Shown here: piece by piece, positions 1-9,580 of the stretch | How positions within the stretch are numbered: position 1 is the stretch's first letter | Layout of the letters: every line of letters starts with the position of its first letter | Source of the DNA: Bacilli bacterium | Lineage (GTDB): Bacteria; Bacillota_I; Bacilli_A; RF39; UBA660 | Direction of reading: 5' to 3' | Assembly (NCBI GenBank): GCA_017435255.1 | Contig: JAFSFI010000011.1 | Location: 48,894 to 112,893 of the forward strand | Length of the DNA: 64,000 nt | The notes under the pieces: model-generated | Seen by the model: the letters and a program-made list of their open reading frames with translations, nothing else | Databases searched by the model: none | What the model was told of the DNA's origin: nothing | Position numbers and translations under genes: made by a program

Positions 1-11
1 CACATGAAACA
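1..11. promoter_or_regulatory. partial parS-like site (right half, cut by window edge)
   Basis: CACATGAAACA is identical to the right 11 nt of the complete site at 47-62. Confidence 0.45.
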
Positions 12-46
12 AAACAAAAAAACATCTGTACAATTTATAGATGCTT

Positions 47-62
47 TGTTTCACATGAAACA
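47..62. promoter_or_regulatory. parS: parS centromere-like site (ParB/Spo0J binding), one central mismatch
   Basis: TGTTTCACATGAAACA versus Firmicute consensus TGTTNCACGTGAAACA (15/16). It is origin-proximal, and soj-spo0J are present in the window. Confidence 0.7.
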
Positions 63-81
63 TTTAAAAAAATATCAAAAT

Positions 82-97
82 TATTTCCCGGGAAATA
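82..97. promoter_or_regulatory. NBS: Noc-binding site (NBS), exact 16-bp palindrome
   Basis: TATTTCCCGGGAAATA equals the B. subtilis NBS consensus. It is embedded in a 22-bp perfect palindrome (79-100) that abuts the tadA stop codon. Confidence 0.8.
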
Positions 98-99
98 AT

Positions 100-552
100 T
101 TACCTTTTTAATTTGAAAAATTTTTTAATAATTTTTGAACAATCTCCTTCTAGTACGCCTCTTTCAATAACAACTTGGTGATTAAATCTAGAATTTTGAA
201 GAATTTCCTCAATTATTTTAGAGTTCTCGAAAACATTTGAACTACATCCATATACTATTTTTGTAATTCTAGATTGTTGTATAGCACTAGCACACATAGG
301 ACAAGGTTCCATTGTTACATAAATTATACATCCGTTAAGTCTCCAGTCGCTAAAATGTTTGCTCGCTGATTCAATTGCGATTATTTCTGCATGTTGTGTT
401 ACTAGTTTAGAAGAATCTTTTTTATTGTACGCTTCTGCTATTATTTTGTTATCTTTTACTATAATTGCACCTACGGGAATTTCGTTTTCATTGAAAGCTT
501 GCTCGGCAAGTTTTAATGCTCTATTCATGAAATATTCGTCATTATAAACCAT
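100..552 (-). CDS. tadA: tRNA-specific adenosine deaminase TadA
   Basis: CMP/dCMP deaminase zinc motifs HAEIIAIE and PCPMCASAI; 150 aa; SD GGAGTGA upstream. Confidence 0.9.
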   Translation of the reverse strand: MVYNDEYFMNRALKLAEQAFNENEIPVGAIIVKDNKIIAEAYNKKDSSKLVTQHAEIIAIESASKHFSDWRLNGCIIYVTMEPCPMCASAIQQSRITKIVYGCSSNVFENSKIIEEILQNSRFNHQVVIERGVLEGDCSKIIKKFFKLKR

Positions 553-569
553 AGTACATCACTCCATAA

Positions 570-652
570 AAAATAGCGCACATAAACATTGAATGTTAAG
601 GCTGCTATCTTCCGATCCTGACCTGGTTCCAATATATTTATTGCGCTATATA
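570..652 (-). ncRNA. ffs: small (4.5S-type) signal recognition particle RNA
   Basis: The minus strand reads AACCAGGUCAGGAUCGGAAGAUAGCAGCC, matching conserved SRP RNA domain IV with the GGAA tetraloop. The closing helix AUAGCGCA/UGCGCUAU is followed by a U-run. Confidence 0.8.
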
Positions 653-695
653 TAAATTAATATATTTTTTTTGTTTTTGCAAGTGTTTTTCAAAA

Positions 696-711
696 TATTT
701 CCCGGGAAATA
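696..711. promoter_or_regulatory. NBS: Noc-binding site (NBS), exact 16-bp palindrome
   Basis: TATTTCCCGGGAAATA lies inside a 24-bp perfect palindrome (692-715) that overlaps the gyrA stop codon. Confidence 0.8.
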
Positions 712-713
712 TT

Positions 714-3230
714 TTATTCTTCAATTATTTCCTCTTCTATGTGTTCTACTGTGCTAGCAGTAGAAACTTTTTGTCCGTTCTTTAAGTTAATTAATCTTAC
801 TCCCTGCGTATTTCTACTTAATAGAGATACTTGCTCGATTGATATTCTTATTACTATTCCACTGTTAGTAATAATCATTAGATCTTCATCACCTTTTATA
901 GACCTTAGTGCTACAATACTACCATTTTTGTCGGTAATATTCAATGTTTTAACACCTTTGCTACCTCTATGTGTCAAACGATATTCATCTATTGATGTTC
1001 TCTTACCGTAACCGTTTTCTGTGACCACTAATACTTGGCAATTTTCTTCAACAACTTCAGCACCAACAACATGAGAATGCTCACATGTAATTCCTTTTAC
1101 ACCAGAACTACTGCGTCCCATTACTCTGACCTCTTTTTCATCAAATCTAACAAGTCTTCCGTCGCTGCTTCCAATTATTATTTCATTATTTCCGGTTGTT
1201 TTGCGAACAGAAATTAACTCATCATCATCCTTAAATACAATAGCCTTTTTACCATTGTTTCTAATGCTATCAAATTCTGTTAATGCCGTTCTTTTTATAA
1301 GCCCGTTTTTTGTAATAAATGCCAAATACTTAGCTTCTTCATCCTCTTGTTTTACTACAATAGTAGAAGTTATTTTTTCTTCCTTTTCAATAGGTAATAA
1401 ATTTACTATCGGCAACCCTTTAGACTGTCTATTAAATTTAGGGATTTCATAACCTTTCATTCTATATACTTTACCAAAATTTGAGAAGAACAATATGTAG
1501 TCATGAGTCTTCATTGAAATAAGTTTCTCAGGAAAATCTTCTTCATTAGTACCCATACCCCTTATACCTACTCCTCCTCTATTCTGGATTTTATAAGTAT
1601 CTACAGGCAATCTTTTAATATACCCTTTGCTTGTTAATGTTATTATTGAATCCTCAACAGGTATTAATGATTCGTCTTCAATATAATCTATAGCTGTCAT
1701 ATCAATTTCGGTACGCCTATCGTCGCTATATCTATTCTTAACTTCAATTAACTCTTTTTTAATTATATCCAAAACCTTTTGTTCAGAAGCTAAAATTGAT
1801 TTTAATTCCTCAATTTCTTCTAACAATTGCTTCAATTCAGCTTCTATTTTTTCTCTTTCTAATCCTGTTAAACGTCTTAGTTTTAATTCCAAAATTGCAT
1901 CTGTTTGAATTTCAGACAAACCAAACCTGGACATTAAATTTTCTTTTGCTTCTGTATCACTCTTAGCTGATTTAATAATTTTAACGACCTCATCTATGTT
2001 ATCTTGTGCTATTTTATATCCTTCTAAAATGTGTACTCTTCGTTCATCTTTAGCTAAATCAAATTTCGTCCTTCTAATTATTACTTCTTTTTGATGATCA
2101 ATATACTTAGAAATTATTGCCTTTAGACTTAGTGTTCTTGGCGTCAGTCCATCTAACATTAAAAATGTAATGCTGTATTGTGTTTGAAAATTTGTGTGTT
2201 TATATAAATTGTTTAGTACAACTTGTGGATTAGCATCTCTTTTTAATGTTATAGTTATTTTTACACCATCTTTTAAATCGGTATGATAATCAGCAATTCC
2301 ATCAATTGTTTTTGAATGTACTAATTCTGCTACTTTGTTTTTTAAATCCATTGTATTAACGCCATATGGAACTTCAGTTATAACAATGTTACTATGGTTT
2401 CCAGCATCTTCAATAACTGCTTTACTCCTTATTGTAATACTACCTTTTCCTGTTTCATACGCCTTCTTTATACCTGAATTTCCTAAAATAATACCACCTG
2501 TAGGAAAATCGGGACCTTTTACATATTCCATTAACCCAAGAGTATCAATCTCAGGATTATCAATATATGCTATACATCCATCAATAACTTCACCTAAATT
2601 ATGAGGAGGAATATTTGTTGCCATACCAACTGCTATACCCATAGTACCATTTACTAAAATGTTAGGATATCTTGAAGGTAATACTTTTGGTTCCTTACTA
2701 GTAACATCAAAATTATCTTCCATGTCTACAGTATCTTTATTAATGTCTCTTAATAATTCTAACGAGATTTTAGCAAGTTTGGATTCTGTATAACGCATTG
2801 CTGCAGCTCCATCACCTTCGATGTTACCAAAGTTACCATGTCCATCAATTAACATATATCTTTGGTTAAAATCCTGAGCCATTCTGACCATTGCTTCATA
2901 AATTGACGAATCTCCATGTGGATGATAATGTCCCATAACATAACCTACCGTTGTAGCAGATTTTCTATGAGGTTTATCTGGAGTATAACCAGACTCATAC
3001 ATTGACCACAAAATACGACGATGAACAGGCTTTAAACCATCTCTTAAATCTGGTAATGCACGAGACGCTATAACACTCATTGAATATTCCAAGAATGATG
3101 ATTTTACTTCATCAACAATGTTATTTTCTGACAAACTATCTCTTTCGTGAAAATATCCATTAAATTTTTCACTATTCATTTTTTCTAAATCATTACTTAT
3201 TTCTTCGTTTTTGTTATCCATTATTTTCAC
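714..3230 (-). CDS. gyrA: DNA gyrase subunit A
   Basis: 838 aa; GyrA motifs (HPHGD, AAMRYTE with catalytic Tyr); C-terminal repeat domain; directly downstream of gyrB. Confidence 0.97.
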   Translation of the reverse strand: MKIMDNKNEEISNDLEKMNSEKFNGYFHERDSLSENNIVDEVKSSFLEYSMSVIASRALPDLRDGLKPVHRRILWSMYESGYTPDKPHRKSATTVGYVMGHYHPHGDSSIYEAMVRMAQDFNQRYMLIDGHGNFGNIEGDGAAAMRYTESKLAKISLELLRDINKDTVDMEDNFDVTSKEPKVLPSRYPNILVNGTMGIAVGMATNIPPHNLGEVIDGCIAYIDNPEIDTLGLMEYVKGPDFPTGGIILGNSGIKKAYETGKGSITIRSKAVIEDAGNHSNIVITEVPYGVNTMDLKNKVAELVHSKTIDGIADYHTDLKDGVKITITLKRDANPQVVLNNLYKHTNFQTQYSITFLMLDGLTPRTLSLKAIISKYIDHQKEVIIRRTKFDLAKDERRVHILEGYKIAQDNIDEVVKIIKSAKSDTEAKENLMSRFGLSEIQTDAILELKLRRLTGLEREKIEAELKQLLEEIEELKSILASEQKVLDIIKKELIEVKNRYSDDRRTEIDMTAIDYIEDESLIPVEDSIITLTSKGYIKRLPVDTYKIQNRGGVGIRGMGTNEEDFPEKLISMKTHDYILFFSNFGKVYRMKGYEIPKFNRQSKGLPIVNLLPIEKEEKITSTIVVKQEDEEAKYLAFITKNGLIKRTALTEFDSIRNNGKKAIVFKDDDELISVRKTTGNNEIIIGSSDGRLVRFDEKEVRVMGRSSSGVKGITCEHSHVVGAEVVEENCQVLVVTENGYGKRTSIDEYRLTHRGSKGVKTLNITDKNGSIVALRSIKGDEDLMIITNSGIVIRISIEQVSLLSRNTQGVRLINLKNGQKVSTASTVEHIEEEIIEE

Positions 3231-3233
3231 CCC

Positions 3234-5159
3234 CTATATATCAAGATTTTGTACGTATCCTGCATTTTCTTCTATAAATTTTCTTCTTGGTTCTACTTCA
3301 TCACCCATTAATTTTTCAAAAATAGCATCCGCGGCTACGCAATCATCTACAGTAATTTTTCTTAATACACGTTTTTCGATATCCATTGTTGTTTCATTCA
3401 GCTCTTCAGCATCCATTTCCCCTAACCCTTTCATACGAGCAATTTCAGCACGAGCTCTTACATTATCTGGCAACGATTTTAAATATTCATCTTTTTCTTC
3501 TTCATTTAATACATATTTTCTTGTTTTTCCATGCATTATTCTAAATAATGGTGGTTGTGCAGCATATATATGCCCTGCCTCTACTATAGGCTTAAAAAAC
3601 CTATAAAATAAAGTTAATAACAATACTCTAATATGAGAACCATCAACATCGGCATCGGTCATTATTATTATTTTGTCATATCGCAACTTAGATAAATCAA
3701 AGTCTTCCCCAATTCCTGTACCAAACGCTGTAATTATTGTTCTAATTTCTTCGTTTGACAACGCTCTATCAAGTCTAGCTTTTTCTACATTTAATATCTT
3801 ACCACGAAGAGGAAGAATTGCTTGCGTCATTGAGTCTCTTCCTTTTTTTGCAGAACCTCCTGCTGAATCCCCTTCGACTATAAATATTTCAGACACTTTT
3901 GGATCCTTACTTTTACAATCGGACAATTTTCCAAAAAAGTTAGTAGTTGCTAAATCGCTTTTTCTAGTAATTTCCCTTGCTTTTCTAGCGGCATTTCTAG
4001 CACGACATGCAAGTAATGCCTTATTAACAATAGCTTTAGCTTCTTCAGGGTTTTCTAATAAAAACCTTTCAAAACCTTGAGAAAAAACATTATCTGCAAG
4101 TTTTCTAACTTCTGAGTTTCCCAATCTTCCCTTAGTTTGACCTTCAAATTGCGGATTTGGATGTTTACAAGAAATAATCATTGTTAGACCTTCTTTAACG
4201 TCATCCCCTGTCAGTGCCTCATCTTTGTCTTTCAATATATTATTTTTTCTAGCATAAGAATTTATAACTCTTGTTAATGCCCTTTTTACTCCCTCTTCAT
4301 GTGTTCCTCCATCATGCGTATTAATGTTGTTAACAAAAGAATAAATATTATCATTATAACTAGAATTGTATTGCATTGCTACTTCAAAAAACACATTATC
4401 TTCTTCACCATCTAAGTGAATTATCGCTTCATGAACTGCTGTTTTTTCTTGATTAATAAACCTAACATATTCACTGATACCACCTTCGTATAAGAATGTT
4501 TCTCCAGTAGTATCTTCTAAATCTCTATCATCACGAATTGTAATAGCTAAACCTCTATTTAAGAAGGCTAATTCTCGTATTCTGACCATTAGAGTTTCAT
4601 AATTATAAATATCACTATCAAAAATTTCAGGATCTGGTTTAAATGTTACTGTTGTTCCCGTTCTATTTTCACTGCATTTATCAATAACTTTCAATGGTTC
4701 TACTGTATGTCCTCCATTTTCAAACCTAATATAGTTAACTTCTCCATTTTTATAAACTTTTACCTCTAACCATTTACTTAATGCATTAACAACAGAAGCT
4801 CCTACTCCATGAAGACCACCAGATACTTTATATCCGCCACCACCAAATTTTCCTCCAGCGTGCAACACTGTATAAACAGTTTCTACTGTTGATTTTCCCG
4901 TTTTTGGATGGACATCTGTTGGTATTCCTCTACCATCATCTTTAACAGTTATAGAATTATCTTTATTAATTATTACTTCTATATTATTACAAAATCCAGC
5001 AAGTGCCTCATCTATTGCATTATCAACAATTTCCCATACTAGATGATGTAATCCTTTAATATCTGTTGTACCAATGTACATACCAGGTCTTTTTCGTACT
5101 GCTTCTAGCCCTTCTAATACCTGTATCGCAGACGAATCATATGCTTTATTTTCTTCCAT
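3234..5159 (-). CDS. gyrB: DNA gyrase subunit B
   Basis: [26 protein letters not shown] and [10 protein letters not shown] motifs. ATG at 5159 is preferred over the track start 5168 (SD AAGGGTG lies 6 nt upstream). Confidence 0.97.
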   Translation of the reverse strand: MEENKAYDSSAIQVLEGLEAVRKRPGMYIGTTDIKGLHHLVWEIVDNAIDEALAGFCNNIEVIINKDNSITVKDDGRGIPTDVHPKTGKSTVETVYTVLHAGGKFGGGGYKVSGGLHGVGASVVNALSKWLEVKVYKNGEVNYIRFENGGHTVEPLKVIDKCSENRTGTTVTFKPDPEIFDSDIYNYETLMVRIRELAFLNRGLAITIRDDRDLEDTTGETFLYEGGISEYVRFINQEKTAVHEAIIHLDGEEDNVFFEVAMQYNSSYNDNIYSFVNNINTHDGGTHEEGVKRALTRVINSYARKNNILKDKDEALTGDDVKEGLTMIISCKHPNPQFEGQTKGRLGNSEVRKLADNVFSQGFERFLLENPEEAKAIVNKALLACRARNAARKAREITRKSDLATTNFFGKLSDCKSKDPKVSEIFIVEGDSAGGSAKKGRDSMTQAILPLRGKILNVEKARLDRALSNEEIRTIITAFGTGIGEDFDLSKLRYDKIIIMTDADVDGSHIRVLLLTLFYRFFKPIVEAGHIYAAQPPLFRIMHGKTRKYVLNEEEKDEYLKSLPDNVRARAEIARMKGLGEMDAEELNETTMDIEKRVLRKITVDDCVAADAIFEKLMGDEVEPRRKFIEENAGYVQNLDI

Positions 5160-6276
5160 TATAATCACCCTTATCTATAATTTTTCCATTATCTATTTTA
5201 AAAATTTTTGCATTTTCTAATAATTTTTTGTTAATACCGACAGTATCATTAGCTGTAATTATTACTTGAATATCATTATTTATATAATTTATCAATCTAT
5301 TTCTTTTTGTTTTATCTAACTCACTAAAAATATCATCTAAAAGAAGTATAGGCTTAGTATTGGTTATTTCTTCAAAAATAGGAATTTCAGCTAATTTAAA
5401 TGAAATCATTGCCATTTTTTGTTGACCTTGTGAACCATAAACTTTAATATCACTATCGTTTATCAAAAAATGAAAATCATCTCTATGCGGACCAAATAAA
5501 GTCATTCCAGCAATAATCTCCCTATTTTGATTCTTTTGATATTTTTGCAATAATATTTTTTTTATTTCTTCTTCTGATTTATCTTCAATATCAATATTTG
5601 TTTCATATCGTACCTTTAAATTGTCAGTTTTAGTTAAATCCCTATATATAACTGAAATATTAAAATTTATCTTTTTTATAAATTCAAGTCTTTCCTTATA
5701 AATATAAGTAGCTCTATCAACTAAATTATCTGTTAATACATCTAGATATCTTATATCACTGATACTATTTGTATATATTAATTTCAAATAATCATTTCTC
5801 ATTTTCAGAATTTTATTATATTCGTTATAATTTTTTATATATTGCTGATTTAACTGACTTATTTCTATATTTAATAAATCCCTTCTTAAAGACGGAGAAC
5901 CTTTTATTGTTTCCACATCTTCTGGGGAAAATAAGATTACATTTAAGTTACTAACATAATCTGATATTTTTTTAATGTTAGTATCATTAACAAAAACCTT
6001 TTTTTCATTATTTATAACCGATATAGATAAATCCTTAAAATATTTACCTATTTTTACTTGTCCTTTTATTTTATAACTATCACTACCATTCCTCTTCAAA
6101 ATTTCATCATAATTAGTCCTATAAGATTTAGTAAGAGCTAAAACATAAACACTTTCTAAAATATTTGTTTTACCCTGAGCATTATTTCCAATAAAAATAT
6201 TAATCTTACTATTAAATTTTATATTACATTTGTAATAATTTCTAAAATTTACTAAATTAATTTTAGTTAAAATCAT
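5146..6276 (-). CDS. recF: DNA replication/repair protein RecF
   Basis: Walker [10 protein letters not shown], Walker [12 protein letters not shown]; 376 aa; position between dnaN and gyrB. Confidence 0.93.
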   Translation of the reverse strand: MILTKINLVNFRNYYKCNIKFNSKINIFIGNNAQGKTNILESVYVLALTKSYRTNYDEILKRNGSDSYKIKGQVKIGKYFKDLSISVINNEKKVFVNDTNIKKISDYVSNLNVILFSPEDVETIKGSPSLRRDLLNIEISQLNQQYIKNYNEYNKILKMRNDYLKLIYTNSISDIRYLDVLTDNLVDRATYIYKERLEFIKKINFNISVIYRDLTKTDNLKVRYETNIDIEDKSEEEIKKILLQKYQKNQNREIIAGMTLFGPHRDDFHFLINDSDIKVYGSQGQQKMAMISFKLAEIPIFEEITNTKPILLLDDIFSELDKTKRNRLINYINNDIQVIITANDTVGINKKLLENAKIFKIDNGKIIDKGDYNGRK

Positions 6277-6370
6277 TTAATTCCACCAAAAACGCCCATA
6301 TAACCACCTTTACCTATTTCATAGTCCTCTATACATACATAAATATTATACCATATTTTCGATGATTACA

Positions 6371-6397
6371 AAAGAAAAAAGAGGTTTTTCCTCTTTT
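6371..6397 (-). terminator. intrinsic terminator after the ComK-like gene
   Basis: The minus strand reads AAAAGAGG-AAAAA-CCUCUUUU followed by a U-rich tract, and it overlaps the stop codon. Confidence 0.6.
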
Positions 6398-6842
6398 ATT
6401 TTTGTTTTATTCTTTTTGAAATCATAGCATCTAACATCCCAGCACGCAATAATTGATTTTCAAAAGAAAGTTTTGAAATATTAAATGTCTTTTCAACACC
6501 ATTTGAAAACATGACTTTTGTTTGTTTTCCATTTTTTTCTCTTTTTTTAACAAAATTGTGATTAATCCAACAACAATCTATTGCATTAGAAGATCTAGTA
6601 GGAAAAAAAATAATTTTTCCTGATTCTTCAACCAATAAAGGTATTTTATAACTGAAATTTAATATTTTTTGTGCCGCCTTTATTCTACCGTTATAAGTAC
6701 TTCCATAATATTCACAATTTTCTTCTAATATTTCAAATGTTGATTGAGGAACGTCATACTCCTTTGTTAATTCAATTATTTTTGTGTTTGATGAATCTAT
6801 CGGAATTATTGCCACAGTTTCATCATTAATTTCATATTTCAT
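6396..6842 (-). CDS. comK: ComK-family competence transcription factor (short, 148 aa)
   Basis: Aligns by eye to B. subtilis ComK. Matches: YEINDETVAIIP/YEVNGATIAVLP, CEYYGSTYNGR/CRFFGSSYAGR, IIFFPTRSS/IFLFPTLSS, CCWINH/CGWISH, FSNG..ISKLSFENQ/FSNG..ISYNSFENQ. Confidence 0.85.
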   Translation of the reverse strand: MKYEINDETVAIIPIDSSNTKIIELTKEYDVPQSTFEILEENCEYYGSTYNGRIKAAQKILNFSYKIPLLVEESGKIIFFPTRSSNAIDCCWINHNFVKKREKNGKQTKVMFSNGVEKTFNISKLSFENQLLRAGMLDAMISKRIKQK

Positions 6843-6867
6843 AAAAAATCCCCCGTTTCTTAAATAT

Positions 6868-6930
6868 GTAATTTAAATTACGAGGAATATTATATATCAA
6901 ATTTTTGTCGAATAATGTCGTTTTATGTCG
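6868..6930 (-). promoter_or_regulatory. candidate regulated promoter of the ComK-like gene
   Basis: On the minus strand there is a -10 TATAAT (6889-6894) with no good -35. Three direct repeats CGACA occur at exact 10-bp spacing (plus-strand TGTCG at 6906-10, 6916-20, 6926-30). A 14-bp perfect palindrome GTAATTTAAATTAC (6868-6881) lies in the leader. Confidence 0.45.
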
Positions 6931-6944
6931 ACATTTGTATTTTT

Positions 6945-8066
6945 TTAATATGTTCTTATTGGTAAAACTAACTGTTCAAGAGTTTCATCTTCATTACCTT
7001 TTATTATTATTGGTTTTATTTCTCCAAAGAAAGAAAGTCTAGCACTTTTATCTTCAAAAGATTTTAATGCTTCCATCATATATTTCGCACTGAATGAAAT
7101 TTTTATTTCTTCATCTCTATCTTTTTCAATTTTCATTTTTTCTTCTACCCTACCAATTTCTGCAGATGAAGACTTAACTAATAATGTATTATTGTTTATT
7201 TCAAATGTAACAATGTTTTTTTCCTTATCAGAAGTTAAAATACTTGCTCTATCTATAACATTGTATAATTCATCTAAATCTGCTGTTATTGTCAATATCG
7301 CATCTGTTGGCCACAAATTTGATGTATTAGGATAATTTCCATTAATTAATCTAGATTGAAATAAAAGATTGTTATATTTAAATAAAATTTTATTATTAAA
7401 AATGTGCATTTCTATATTATCTTCTCCACTATCTAGTATTTTATTTAATTCCATTAAATTTTTACTAGGAATTACAAAATTATAATTTTCATCTAATATT
7501 TTGTCTAACTTTATTGTTTTTTTAGCTAATCTATAAGAATCAGTAGCATTACATTCTAAAATATCCCCTACTACTTTAAAATTAATACCTGTCAAAACCG
7601 GTCTTGATTCATCACTAGATGTTGCAAATGAAGTTTGATTAATTATATTTCTAAAGTCTTTATTATTTATATATATAATCTTTTTACTTTCTTCTAAAGA
7701 TATATTTGGATATTCATTTTTATTAATTCCATTTAAATTAAATTCACTATTATCTGTATAGATAATTATTTTTAGTTCATCTATTACTTCAATATTAATA
7801 TATTCATCTGGCAATTTTCTTACTATATCTAATATATATTTACCTTGTATAATAATACTTCCTTCTTTTTCAATATTCATATTTTCATTATTTGGTATAA
7901 ATGATTGAATTGTTATATCATTATCAGAAGCTGTTAGTGTTAATCCTTTATTATCTAAATCAAATTTTATTCCTGATAAAATGGGAATTAAATTTTTTGT
8001 TGAAATAGCCTTTGAAACTTTATTTAATCCTTCTAGTAATATTTCTTTTTTAATTTCTAATTTCAT
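6945..8066 (-). CDS. dnaN: DNA polymerase III beta sliding clamp
   Basis: 373 aa; immediately downstream of dnaA; typical DnaN length and beta-clamp-like sequence. Confidence 0.93.
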   Translation of the reverse strand: MKLEIKKEILLEGLNKVSKAISTKNLIPILSGIKFDLDNKGLTLTASDNDITIQSFIPNNENMNIEKEGSIIIQGKYILDIVRKLPDEYINIEVIDELKIIIYTDNSEFNLNGINKNEYPNISLEESKKIIYINNKDFRNIINQTSFATSSDESRPVLTGINFKVVGDILECNATDSYRLAKKTIKLDKILDENYNFVIPSKNLMELNKILDSGEDNIEMHIFNNKILFKYNNLLFQSRLINGNYPNTSNLWPTDAILTITADLDELYNVIDRASILTSDKEKNIVTFEINNNTLLVKSSSAEIGRVEEKMKIEKDRDEEIKISFSAKYMMEALKSFEDKSARLSFFGEIKPIIIKGNEDETLEQLVLPIRTY

Positions 8067-8194
8067 TATTATTCCTTCTTTCTTTTATTAACATTTTATT
8101 ATTATTAGAGTGGAAACTGTTGAAAACTGTTTTTCCTTAATATTTATATATGTTTTTAATATATTGACTTGTGGAAAAAGTGTTTAAAATCATA
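8067..8194. other. oriC: oriC part 2 (dnaA-dnaN spacer): DnaA boxes, DnaA-trio-like repeat, AT-rich unwinding region
   Basis: Boxes are TGTGGAAAA (8170-8178, 1 mismatch), TGTTGAAAA (8118-8126) and AGTGGAAAC (8109-8117). They are followed by GAG and then (TTA)4, which is TAA x4 on the minus strand (8096-8107). An AT-rich tract then runs to dnaN. Confidence 0.7.
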
Positions 8195-9574
8195 TTATTT
8201 AATGTCTTTTTCTAAACTCTCAATAGTTTTAGCTAGATCTTTGTTAACAGAAATTTCTCTTTCTATTTTTTCACAAGAATGCATTACTGTAGAATGATCT
8301 TTACCACCAAATTCAATTCCTATTTTAGGAAAAGACTCATCAGTTAATTTTCTACAAAGATACATAGCAATTTGTCTAGGAAAAGCTATGTTTGAACTTC
8401 TTTTCTTTGATTTTAAATCTTCAATAGAAATTTTAAATTTTTCTGCCACTACTTTTTGAATTTTATTTATATCATTTTTTTCGCTACTTCCCTTATTTAT
8501 ATAGTCCTTTAATGCTTCCATCGCTAAATTCAAATCTATTTCAGAACTCATTATGGTAGAATATGCTACCAATCTTGTAACAGCTCCTTCTAACATACGA
8601 ACATCGCTTTTTAAATTAGATGCCATATATTCAATTACTTGGTCTGGTATATGTTTATTTATTGCTTCACCAGCAATCCTTTTCTTTAAAATTGCAATAC
8701 GTAAGTCTAAATCTGGCGGATAAATATCAACAGGTAATCCCCAACAAAATCTTGTTCTAAGTCTATCTTCTAAAATTTTTAAATCGTCAGGAGACCTATC
8801 TGATGAAATAATTATTTGTTTATTATCGCCATATAAATTATTAAATGTGTGGAAAAATTCTTTTTGCGTTTCTGTTGCTCCACCTAAGTATTGAATGTCA
8901 TCTATAATTAAAACATCAATATTTCTATATTTTTGTTTAAAAAAGTCAACATAACTAAAGTTTGTTCCTGACTCATCTTTTTTGTTTATTCCAATAAAAT
9001 CTGAAACAAATTGCTCACTTGTCACATATAAAACTTTTTTGTTAGAATTCTTTGTAATGTAATTTCCTATTGCATGCATTAAATGAGTTTTTCCTAACCC
9101 GCTATTTCCATATATAAACAAAGGATTATACATTTTTCCAGGAGACTCAGCTACAGAAAGTGCTGCGGCATGTGCAAATTTATTACTATTTCCTACTATA
9201 AAATTTTCAAAAGTATATTTTGAATTTAGGTTAGTATTAAGATACAGATTATCATTATTATATATGTTACTTTGAGCAGTAGTAACAGCATTTTTAATAA
9301 CATTAGATTCTTTTAAATTTTCAATTTCTTCTGTAATATACAATTCAATTTCAATATTTTTACCGGTTAATTCTAAAAAATAATTTTTTAAAGAATCGTT
9401 ATAATGTATCAAAATATGTTTCTTATGCATTGGAAAAGGTACAATAATACGTGCAACACCGTTATTTAAATCATAAAGTTCTGTTTCTTCAAACCAAGTT
9501 TGGAATGCTAATGAATTAATTTCGGATTTAATTTTTTCTAAAATATTAGACCATAAAAGATATGTATCCATCAT
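8195..9574 (-). CDS. dnaA: chromosomal replication initiator DnaA
   Basis: AAA+ Walker A GNSGLGKTHL; C-terminal DnaA-box-binding domain (GGKDHSTVMH). ATG at 9574 is preferred (SD GGGGGGAG lies 5 nt upstream); the track start is 9580. Confidence 0.96.
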   Translation of the reverse strand: MMDTYLLWSNILEKIKSEINSLAFQTWFEETELYDLNNGVARIIVPFPMHKKHILIHYNDSLKNYFLELTGKNIEIELYITEEIENLKESNVIKNAVTTAQSNIYNNDNLYLNTNLNSKYTFENFIVGNSNKFAHAAALSVAESPGKMYNPLFIYGNSGLGKTHLMHAIGNYITKNSNKKVLYVTSEQFVSDFIGINKKDESGTNFSYVDFFKQKYRNIDVLIIDDIQYLGGATETQKEFFHTFNNLYGDNKQIIISSDRSPDDLKILEDRLRTRFCWGLPVDIYPPDLDLRIAILKKRIAGEAINKHIPDQVIEYMASNLKSDVRMLEGAVTRLVAYSTIMSSEIDLNLAMEALKDYINKGSSEKNDINKIQKVVAEKFKISIEDLKSKKRSSNIAFPRQIAMYLCRKLTDESFPKIGIEFGGKDHSTVMHSCEKIEREISVNKDLAKTIESLEKDIK

Positions 9575-9580
9575 TATCAC

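Noticed and set aside
581-593. 13-nt identity ACATAAACATTGA shared between the SRP RNA region and the uvrB upstream region (40518-40530)
   Set aside because: Short exact matches of this length are expected many times by chance between all position pairs in 64 kb of AT-rich DNA, and there is no extended similarity.
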